DNA of 64,000 nt from Candidatus Aldehydirespirator sp. (GCA_965220645.1 OZ244836.1:2112237-2176236), one strand, 5' to 3'. Numbered from the stretch's first letter, positions 8,216 to 15,435 are shown. Program-made: numbers and translations. Notes: a model not told the origin generated them from the letters alone.

Positions 8216-9499
8216 GTGGCGCGCTTGGAGGAGCGGTTCTGGGATTCACAGACGTGGGTGTCGCGCCGGCTGGGGCCTGGTGATGATCCGTCGGGGATCT
8301 TTGGGGCGTTCGTGCCGGATCGGCTCTGTGGATGGTCGCCGACGCTTGCCTCGCGCACTTGGCAGCACACTCGGCTCGCTGAGGACACCGCCAAGGCAGC
8401 TTGCGAGGCGGTGGGTTCTGACGCCATGGGGCATGGGCATTGGCTGCTGGTGCGCCTTGAGAGTGCTGCCTCGAGCCTCATCGAGGGGGTGCAGGTCTCG
8501 CCTCGGCGGCTGGCGCTGGCGGAAGCCGAGATGACCCTGGTCGGCCGAACGCCGCAGCCGCTGGAGTTGGAGGCGATCGGTGATGTAGCCGCCATCGAGC
8601 ACGCTTTGCGTATCGGGGCGGGCTCAGAGCCGGTGACGGTTGAGGATCTGTGTGCGATTCATCGCAGCTTGATTGGTGACGATCCGATCGCCGGTGAGAT
8701 CCGCACCGCTCAGAACTGGATCGGAACCGGATACTCGACGCCGTTGCGGGCCGTGTTCGTGCCGCCACCGCCGGAGCGGGTGCCGGAGTTGGTTGAGGAT
8801 CTGGTCGCTTCGATCAACGAGGACGGACATCCTCCGCTGGTGCACGCCGCGATGGTGCACGCCCAGTTCGAGACGATCCATCCCTTCGCGGACGGCAACG
8901 GCCGCACCGGCCGCGCTGTGATCCAGTTGATGCTGCGCCGAAGGGGCCTGACCACTTCGGCGCTGCCGTTGAGCACGTCTTTGGTGTTTCAACACGCCCG
9001 TTTCTACATCGGCGCCCTCAACGGTGCCCGCGTCGTGTGTGCCGCTGATGACCCGCAGCGCTCAGATGCGCTTGTGGAGTGGGTCATGCTGCTTGCTGAC
9101 GCTGTCCAAACGGCGGCGAGGTACGCCGCTGAAATCGCGTGTGAGGTTGCCGCGATCGGGCACCTCTGGCAAGACCTGCTCACCGACGCGAGCCGTCGCC
9201 ATGGCCACACCACCGCGCGCCTGCTCGATGTGCTCGCGTCTTTTCCGATGCTCACCGTCAAGTGTGCTGCTGAGGTGCTGGGCGCTGATGAGCGCACCAC
9301 CAGGCGCGCCGTCCAGAGACTCTGCGATGCCACCATCCTCGCCCAAGCGGGCACCAGCAAGCGCAACCGCGTCTTTGAGGCCACCGACATCATCGACCTC
9401 CACAACGACAACGTCACCATCAATCCCAGCGGATGGCAGATGGGGCGCCCGCAACGGCGCTGGAACCGCCGACTCGACCACCCCCCGGCACCGGCTTGA
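8216..9499 (+). CDS. Fic family protein (class II, intramolecular inhibitory helix)
   Basis: Canonical Fic motif HPFADGNGRTGR (H222). SSLIEG matches (S/T)xxxE(G/N) about 130 residues upstream. FGAFVPDRL-type N-terminus. Confidence 0.9.
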   Translation: MARLEERFWDSQTWVSRRLGPGDDPSGIFGAFVPDRLCGWSPTLASRTWQHTRLAEDTAKAACEAVGSDAMGHGHWLLVRLESAASSLIEGVQVSPRRLALAEAEMTLVGRTPQPLELEAIGDVAAIEHALRIGAGSEPVTVEDLCAIHRSLIGDDPIAGEIRTAQNWIGTGYSTPLRAVFVPPPPERVPELVEDLVASINEDGHPPLVHAAMVHAQFETIHPFADGNGRTGRAVIQLMLRRRGLTTSALPLSTSLVFQHARFYIGALNGARVVCAADDPQRSDALVEWVMLLADAVQTAARYAAEIACEVAAIGHLWQDLLTDASRRHGHTTARLLDVLASFPMLTVKCAAEVLGADERTTRRAVQRLCDATILAQAGTSKRNRVFEATDIIDLHNDNVTINPSGWQMGRPQRRWNRRLDHPPAPA

Positions 9500-9586
9500 C
9501 CGTGCCTGCGGCGTAGTGGACTTCCGACGCGCAACATCCCGCTACTGGCGTGCGGGCCTGTCACAGTCGACTCATACGATGGGCTC

Positions 9587-10504
9587 ATGCAGTCGCGGCC
9601 GCTGTCATCGGGCAGCTACGAGTTCCTCAAGCGCTTCGTGTTCGGGTCCGAGCGCGCCTGGAACAACGACGCCGCCGTGGGCGACGACGCAGTGGCACGG
9701 GTGCTGCTGTTGGGCGACATCCACGACAACAGCCGCGTGTTCGAGGTGGCCCAGCAGGCCGCTGTCGACGAGGGCTGCGATGTGTTGGTTCAGGTGGGGG
9801 ACTTCTGGTTGCAGGACTCCACATGGCGCGGCTTCGCGCCCGAAGAGGCGGAGCTGATGTGGGCCGCGGTGCATTCGCCGTTACCGGTTGTGGTGGTGGA
9901 CGGCAACCACGAGGTGTGGCCCTGCCTGACGGGATTCCTGCACCGCCCCGAGACTCTCGCCGCTCTACGTCACCACCAGCCGCTGCATCTAGCCGGCTCG
10001 CTGTGGTGGGCTGACCGTGGCAGCACCTGGACATGGTCCAGCCGGCGCTTCGGCGCGCTCGGAGGCACCGTCTCCCCCGACAAGTGGATCCCCGCAGCCG
10101 CAAGGTACCGCTGGGATGAGGAGACCACCACCCAAGAAGACCTCGACCGGCTCATCGACAACACACCCGACGGCCTTGACGTGCTCGTCTGCCACGACGC
10201 GCCTGCCGCCACCCGAGGGTTGGTGAGCGGGTTGCCGTGGAAGATGCCCACGGGCCTCGAACGCCGGGCTGAAGCGGTGCGCGAACTGCTGCAGGAGGCT
10301 GTCGACGCGACCATGCCCGCTTTGGTGTTCCACGGGCATTGGCACCAACAGAACCGCTGCATCATCAACCGCGGCGCCACCGAAGTAGTAGGCCTAGCAG
10401 CCGACGGAGACAGCGGCTGCGCTGCTGTGCTGTCGGTCAGGGACCTGCAAGCCCGCTACGTCGACATCTTCGGCAGAGCCACTCAGGCACGCCTCGGCAT
10501 CTAG
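9587..10504 (+). CDS. Metallophosphoesterase (calcineurin-like)
   Basis: Motifs GDIHDN, VGDFW, DGNHE, CHDAP, GHWH appear in the canonical order. Confidence 0.75.
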   Translation: MQSRPLSSGSYEFLKRFVFGSERAWNNDAAVGDDAVARVLLLGDIHDNSRVFEVAQQAAVDEGCDVLVQVGDFWLQDSTWRGFAPEEAELMWAAVHSPLPVVVVDGNHEVWPCLTGFLHRPETLAALRHHQPLHLAGSLWWADRGSTWTWSSRRFGALGGTVSPDKWIPAAARYRWDEETTTQEDLDRLIDNTPDGLDVLVCHDAPAATRGLVSGLPWKMPTGLERRAEAVRELLQEAVDATMPALVFHGHWHQQNRCIINRGATEVVGLAADGDSGCAAVLSVRDLQARYVDIFGRATQARLGI

Positions 10505-10546
10505 CAGAATGGTAGGCAGGAAGGCTCAGATGGCTAGTGGTGACAC

Positions 10547-11104
10547 ATGTTGAAACGATCTGAGCGAAGGACGATTGCCGCTGAGCGTGAAGAGCAGATC
10601 ATCGAGAACATCCACTCCAACCTGTGGAATGATGACAAGAATGACATCAAGGATGACCTGACCTACGGGGAGGCACTCCTCGAACAATACAAGTTGTATG
10701 TGGAGCTTGCTGACCGCGTGAGTCAACGTCGTGGCGTAGCAAACAGTTTCTTTCTCTTGGTTAACTCCTCAGCAGTTGTGATTCTTGGGAGTCTGGGCGT
10801 GTCGTTCAAAGCGGCATCTCCGTGGCTATTCGTCTTCCCTACAGTCATCCTGATCTGCATTTGTATAGTTTGGTTCTATCTAGTGCGAAGCTACAGCCAA
10901 CTGAATTCTGGCAAATGGAAAGTCGTTGGCGTCATGGAAGAACGGTTGCCTGCCTCCCCCTGGTGGCGAGCCGAGTGGCAAGCGCTAGGAGCAGGGAAAG
11001 ACCGTTCTCTATATTGGCCCCTGACTCATCTAGAGAAATGGGTGCCGCTGGTGTTTGTTCTGCTGTATGCCGGGATGCTAGCGATCGCCTTATGTGTAAG
11101 ATAG
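10547..11104 (+). CDS. Uncharacterised 3-TM membrane protein (candidate effector)
   Basis: 185 aa with a charged N-terminal ~65 aa. Hydrophobic helices FFLLVNSSAVVILGSLGV, WLFVFPTVILICICIVWFYLV and WVPLVFVLLYAGMLAIALCV follow. GC is visibly lower than the flanks. Family not recognised with certainty. Confidence 0.6.
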   Translation: MLKRSERRTIAAEREEQIIENIHSNLWNDDKNDIKDDLTYGEALLEQYKLYVELADRVSQRRGVANSFFLLVNSSAVVILGSLGVSFKAASPWLFVFPTVILICICIVWFYLVRSYSQLNSGKWKVVGVMEERLPASPWWRAEWQALGAGKDRSLYWPLTHLEKWVPLVFVLLYAGMLAIALCVR

Positions 11105-11129
11105 AGGCTGCAACACAGCGATAGAGAAG

Positions 11130-11540
11130 CTACGGGACAAGCTGTCGGATGCAACCGACAATCGAGTCAGTATTCCAATTGGCAATCAGGTCGGCGTCGT
11201 TACGTACCACGGACGAGACGTTCGTTTGTGCGTAAGGCTTTATGCCAAGTACGGGTTTGTTGAAGTAGCGCTTTGCGATATCAAGTTCAATGTTGATCCA
11301 CTTGCTATAGGTTGCATAGACCCCAGCGATCACGAGAACAATCTGAGTGCTGTTCATCTGGCGGATGATCGCATCACGTAAGGCTTGTTGGTTCGGAGCA
11401 TTGTGGATCGGATCGTCTTGTGGTACCGAATAGTTGAGATAGCTGAAGTACGACGCGTTGTCGAGCAAGTTGCAAAGACGAGTGTAGGCGTCTCCATAGC
11501 TCCAAGAATGACTAATGAATAGGTAACGGGTCTTGACCAC
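11130..11540 (-). CDS. TIR-like domain protein (DUF1863/ThsB type), paralog 1
   Basis: 136 aa with YLFISHSW, NYSVPQDDP, IVLVIAG, KWINIE(85)LDIAK, PVLGI. GTG start preceded by AAGGAG. Low GC. Confidence 0.75.
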   Translation of the reverse strand: MVKTRYLFISHSWSYGDAYTRLCNLLDNASYFSYLNYSVPQDDPIHNAPNQQALRDAIIRQMNSTQIVLVIAGVYATYSKWINIELDIAKRYFNKPVLGIKPYAQTNVSSVVRNDADLIANWNTDSIVGCIRQLVP

Positions 11541-11573
11541 TAGGGTCTCCTTTCCCTGTCTGCACTGTAGGCG

Positions 11574-11984
11574 CTAGATCGAATAGTCGCGCATCGCCCG
11601 AACGATGGAAGAGGTATTCCAGCCGACCATGACATCGGCTGCTTCTTGCACAGCGATAGGCGTGCGCCGGTGTCCTCGTGGATTGACGCCAACGATTGGC
11701 TTTCCGAGCTTCTGAGCTATCGATATCTCCTTCTTGATCCATTTTCGATGGTTGGCATACATGCCAGCCAAGATCAAGACACAGTTGACAGGTCGGATTT
11801 GGCGTCTAAGCGCCGCTGTGAGTTTGGCGTCGTTGTTCGCATCTAGGGGGTCGTCCTTTGGGACGGAGTAGTTCCGCGGCTTGAAGTTGGGCGTGGCTCG
11901 AAGCATTCTGACGAGTCGGTCGTACTCGGCGTTATGTGTCCAGGCGTGGCTGATGAACAGGTCGTAGGTCTTCAGTGCGGGCAC
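11574..11984 (-). CDS. TIR-like domain protein (DUF1863/ThsB type), paralog 2
   Basis: YDLFISHAW, NYSVPKDDP, CVLILAG, KWIKKE(86)ISIAQ, PIVGV. About 40% identical to paralog 1 by eye. I place the start at GTG 11984, which gives 136 aa and overlaps the upstream TAG as TAGTG. The ORF-track alternative is ATG 12029. Confidence 0.75.
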   Translation of the reverse strand: MPALKTYDLFISHAWTHNAEYDRLVRMLRATPNFKPRNYSVPKDDPLDANNDAKLTAALRRQIRPVNCVLILAGMYANHRKWIKKEISIAQKLGKPIVGVNPRGHRRTPIAVQEAADVMVGWNTSSIVRAMRDYSI

Positions 11985-12343
11985 TATGGCGTCCTCTCGC
12001 TCTTGCGGTTGTAGGTGGACAGCGCCCACCCCTCGGGGAGCAGCTTCCGCAGCGCCTCTAGCGGGTCTACCCGTTTGAGGGTCATCTTGATGTCCACGTA
12101 AGGGGTGGTGTCGCTCGCCCTTCTCGGGCTGGGGGTTACCCGTCCGTCTGGGCTGACGGCGAGTTCGACGGTGACCTGCTCGGCCTGGTCTGGCGCGGCT
12201 GCGGCGGCTCGGTCGATCTCGGCGGGTAGAGCGGTGGACAGGGAGTCGAATGACATAGCTGTAATGCTACCTCTACCCTCTGACGCTAGCTCCCAATCTT
12301 GCGAACTAATGTTCGCGTCGAGGGGATGCGGTGACGAAGGCAC
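11984..12343 (-). CDS. Small hypothetical protein, translationally coupled to TIR-like paralog 2
   Basis: 119-aa ORF, or 90 aa if it starts at ATG 12256 (MSFDSL...). Its stop TAG overlaps the GTG of the downstream gene. No motif recognised. High GC, unlike the TIR genes. Confidence 0.4.
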   Translation of the reverse strand: MPSSPHPLDANISSQDWELASEGRGSITAMSFDSLSTALPAEIDRAAAAAPDQAEQVTVELAVSPDGRVTPSPRRASDTTPYVDIKMTLKRVDPLEALRKLLPEGWALSTYNRKSERTP

Positions 12344-12478
12344 TCAGGGTTTTCTGTTGACGCTCGCCAGCAGGGCACCTCTCGCCTTCGCGCCGCTCTG
12401 ACCTCGGGAAACGCTGATCGTTGGGTGACCCGTTTCAGAATTGGCGAAATCCCGTTTCGCGCAGGGCTACCTGGCCCT

Positions 12479-12508
12479 CCAAGATCGTTGAAATATCAAC
12501 GATCTTGG
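12479..12508. repeat. Perfect 30-bp palindrome CCAAGATCGTTGA-AATA-TCAACGATCTTGG
   Basis: 13-bp arms with a 4-nt centre. It lies in the divergent intergenic region between the small-ORF/TIR operon and the DMT-like gene. No T-tract follows. Confidence 0.8.
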
Positions 12509-12719
12509 CATTACGCGCGAGTCCCTCCTCGGGTGGGACGGCGCAAAATGTGGCGCGTAATTCGGTTGGGTTGGTTATGGACGCCGATGAGGCTATCTGA
12601 GGAAGGCCGCTCAGCGGGTGGGTCGCTGGTATGGCGCGGTGGGCGTCCACAGGCAGCGCACGAGGCGCCGCCGACAGTGGTGGAGTCGTGGACAGCGCCT
12701 AGGGGGCTAGGGTCCTGTC

Positions 12720-13763
12720 GTGATGCGCCCGCGTCGCCGGAACACTCTCGGTGCGGCATGCATCGCCGGGGCCGCCGTCGCCTACTCGCTGATCCCGCTG
12801 CCGATCCGATTCGCGGGTGAGGGCTTCTCCGTTCTGGTATTGGGCACGCTGATGGAGTCAGCTTGCGCGACGCTGCTGCTGGCTGCGCTGGCCGTGTCGG
12901 CTAGGCCCGTGCTGGGAGTGGGTCCGCTCCAGGCGATGCGTCCAGCACGACACGTGGCGTTGCCTCCCGTCGCGCTGGCAGGCCCGCGCGCGGGCGTGCT
13001 GTTGACGCTGCTGCTGGTCACGGCACCCAATGTCCTGCTGTATGCCGGCACGGCGGCCCTGCTGCCGCTCGTGGTGTTGTCCTGCTTCTCGGACGGCCTG
13101 GATGTCGTGCCCCAGTCCCTTCTGATTGCGCGCTGGAGCGGCAGCAGCAGAAGCATCTCGACCCGCAGCGCCACCATGATGTGCGGAATGCCGATCGCGG
13201 TGGCCGCTGTCGTGTGGAGTCAGACGGCCCCCGGCCAACTCGAAGGAGGTTCATGGCAGAACACGACAGTCGGGTTGGTGCTGGGGGTGCTGACCACGGC
13301 GACATACGCCGTGCGGCCAGCGGCAGGGATCATCTACGGCGACCGTTGCGCATCGGCTTGGCGCTCTGGACCTAGCGCTGTGTCCGTCAAGGAGTACGGC
13401 GCTGCCCTGTGGTGGTCGACGTTCGCCGCCTCGGCGGTCAGCGTTCCGATCGTGGCAGCGGTTGGGCTGACGTTCGCCCTCGGCGGATTGGGCGCCACCC
13501 GCTCGGCGGCATTCGGGGCAGCGTCCGGACTGATCATGGGTTGCGCCCGCCTGCTGCACCGGGCGGGCAACATCGTCACTGCCGACACGCGCGTCAACAG
13601 TTTGCTCTACGCATCGCCGGCGCTGGCGGCCATATGGCTAACGAGCGCAGGCGACCCCATCTACCAACCTGTGCTGTTCGGTTGCGGCATGGCGGTCATC
13701 TTCGGACTCAACGCGGTCATCGCAGCAGACCGCGACGGGCAGCAATCAGCCCAGTCGCAGTGA
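12720..13763 (+). CDS. Polytopic membrane protein, DMT/EamA-like (tentative)
   Basis: 347 aa with about 10 hydrophobic segments. High GC. No diagnostic motif. Confidence 0.45.
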   Translation: MMRPRRRNTLGAACIAGAAVAYSLIPLPIRFAGEGFSVLVLGTLMESACATLLLAALAVSARPVLGVGPLQAMRPARHVALPPVALAGPRAGVLLTLLLVTAPNVLLYAGTAALLPLVVLSCFSDGLDVVPQSLLIARWSGSSRSISTRSATMMCGMPIAVAAVVWSQTAPGQLEGGSWQNTTVGLVLGVLTTATYAVRPAAGIIYGDRCASAWRSGPSAVSVKEYGAALWWSTFAASAVSVPIVAAVGLTFALGGLGATRSAAFGAASGLIMGCARLLHRAGNIVTADTRVNSLLYASPALAAIWLTSAGDPIYQPVLFGCGMAVIFGLNAVIAADRDGQQSAQSQ

Positions 13764-13991
13764 CGCCTTTGTCTTGACTCGGGCTGGGTTGCCGGGAAGG
13801 CGGCGAGGGATCACTTCCTGGCGCTGTGGTACTCCGGTGCGGGCGGCGTCGAAGGGGCGGTCCAATGGGCGACCTAGGTCAGCCGGGGTCGCGGCCGACA
13901 GTCGTACGCTGCTACAAGGTTGTAGGCCGTCTCGCTATGCAGGAGCCCGTTACGGCGGGTCAGGTGCGATCGGCCAAGGACCGCTGAGATC

Positions 13992-15296
13992 TCAACGACC
14001 TTCGGGATTGTGCCCCGGCCCCTCATTCGTGCTCAAGCCCCACTCCCTCAGGAGCCGCGCCTCGCGTCGCTGCCGCGCCGCTTCTGGACCTGCGACGGTC
14101 GTTCGGCGAACCTCCACGTGCTTGGCCCACTGCTCCATCAGCACCCGCCGCTTCTCGAAGAGGTCGCCCCGCACGTAGGCGGCCTCGGTCTGGTTGCCGA
14201 TGCGGTGGGCGAGAGCGGCCTCGGTGACGGCCCCGGTGGTGTCGGCGCATTCGATGGCCCACGTCTTGAAAGAACTTCGGAAGCCATGCACGGTCGCGGA
14301 GATTCCGTGGTCCCGCAGCGCCTTCAGCAGGGTCTCCGCGGACATCGGGTGGCCTGGGCGCTGCGCGGAGGGGAAGATCAGTCCGCTTCCGTCCCGCACC
14401 CACTTGGCCCTGTCGAGCGCGTCCAGCGCCCCGGTGCTCAGCGGCACCCGGTGAACGATGCGCCGCTTCATGCGCTCCGCGGGGACGGTCCAGACCGCGG
14501 CATCGAGGTCGACCTCGTCCCAAATGGCCTTGCGCGCCTCGCCGGAGCGGACCGCGGTCAGCACGATGAAGTCGATGCAGGCCTTGGTTGCCTCGGTGGC
14601 CTGAGATGACCTGATCGTTGCCAGCGCGTCGGGCACGTCTAGATAGTGAACTGCGGCGAGCGGGGCCTTGGTGCGGGGCTGCGGGGGCAGGGCCGCTGAG
14701 ATCCTCTCGCCGGCGGGGTTGGAGTCGATGAATTCGTGGGCCATTCCCCATCGCATCACCTTCTGGATGCGCTGGCGGACCCGGCGCATGGTTTCGGGAT
14801 TCTCGGTCCACTTGGGTGCCAGGCATGCGATCACGTCACGGGGCTCGATCATGTTCAGCGGCTTGTCCCACAGCGGAGCGGCGTGCAACACGAGACTGTG
14901 CAGCCAGAATTTCGCGTGGTGCTCGCTGCTCCAGCGGGCCCGGTTGAGCGCATGCACCTCCCTGGCTGCTTCGCCGAAGGTCGGCGCCGGCGGGCGGTAA
15001 CGGCCCGTGGCGGGATCGCGACGGGCTTCGGCAGCCTCCCTGCGGTCGCGCGCGAGTTCCCGCGCTCGTGCGAGGCTCACACCTGGATAGGAGCCGAGCC
15101 CGATGTCGCGTCGCTGTCCCGCGACGCTGTAGCGGAGCACCCACGACTTCGACCCAGCGGGCGTCACATTGAGGAACAACCCGTTGCCGTCGGAGTGCCG
15201 GCCGGGCGCTCTAAGGCTCTTTACCGCCAACGCGTTGAGTCTTGAGGCCGACCTGGTGGCTTTGCTCACGCGCCCCCTTTGCCACATTCTTACCAC
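13992..15296 (-). CDS. Tyrosine-type site-specific integrase (P4-like, DUF4102 arm-binding N-terminus)
   Basis: GNGLFLNVTPAGSKSWVLRY N-terminal domain. C-terminal HGFRSSFKTW and AAYVRGD (catalytic Tyr region). Adjacent to the tRNA gene. Confidence 0.9.
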   Translation of the reverse strand: MVRMWQRGRVSKATRSASRLNALAVKSLRAPGRHSDGNGLFLNVTPAGSKSWVLRYSVAGQRRDIGLGSYPGVSLARARELARDRREAAEARRDPATGRYRPPAPTFGEAAREVHALNRARWSSEHHAKFWLHSLVLHAAPLWDKPLNMIEPRDVIACLAPKWTENPETMRRVRQRIQKVMRWGMAHEFIDSNPAGERISAALPPQPRTKAPLAAVHYLDVPDALATIRSSQATEATKACIDFIVLTAVRSGEARKAIWDEVDLDAAVWTVPAERMKRRIVHRVPLSTGALDALDRAKWVRDGSGLIFPSAQRPGHPMSAETLLKALRDHGISATVHGFRSSFKTWAIECADTTGAVTEAALAHRIGNQTEAAYVRGDLFEKRRVLMEQWAKHVEVRRTTVAGPEAARQRREARLLREWGLSTNEGPGHNPEGR

Positions 15297-15380
15297 TGAG
15301 TAGCGATACTGTAGGGGTATTCTTGGCGCGGCGCAAGTCGTTCAGCTTTCAAAAAAACCGCTTTTGACCTTGATTTTTGG

Positions 15381-15420
15381 CACCGTATGAGACTCTATGG
15401 CACTCTATGGAACCTTATGG
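15381..15420. promoter_or_regulatory. Four phased 10-bp direct repeats (caccgtatga / gactctatgg / cactctatgg / aaccttatgg), candidate integrase arm-type sites
   Basis: Exact 10-bp periodicity between the int start and the att core. The last unit runs into the att repeat. Confidence 0.4.
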
Positions 15421-15435
15421 GACGTGGAGCTAAGG
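15418..15435. repeat. attR-type direct repeat TGGGACGTGGAGCTAAGG
   Basis: Identical to 7072-7089. Positions 15425-15435 are the 3' end of tRNA-Ala. Confidence 0.8.

Larger units (their letters stand above)
7072..15435. mobile_element. Integrative genomic island (about 8.4 kb) inserted at tRNA-Ala(GGC)
   Basis: 18-bp direct repeats at both ends. Tyrosine integrase lies next to the tRNA. Cargo is toxin/defence-type genes, and there is an internal GC drop. Confidence 0.75.

Noticed and set aside
8194-8595. 133-aa minus-strand ORF upstream of the HipA fragment, as a possible HipA N-terminal part or HipB antitoxin.
   Set aside because: It lies entirely antisense to the well-supported Fic gene. 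Its composition is Ser/Ala/Arg-rich, and it shows no HTH or HipA N-domain pattern.
12425-12820. ORFs 12425-12820(+), 12435-12650(-) and 12511-12759(-) as a regulator gene next to the palindrome.
   Set aside because: They show no HTH or other motif, they overlap each other, and the plus-strand one runs into the DMT-like gene out of frame.
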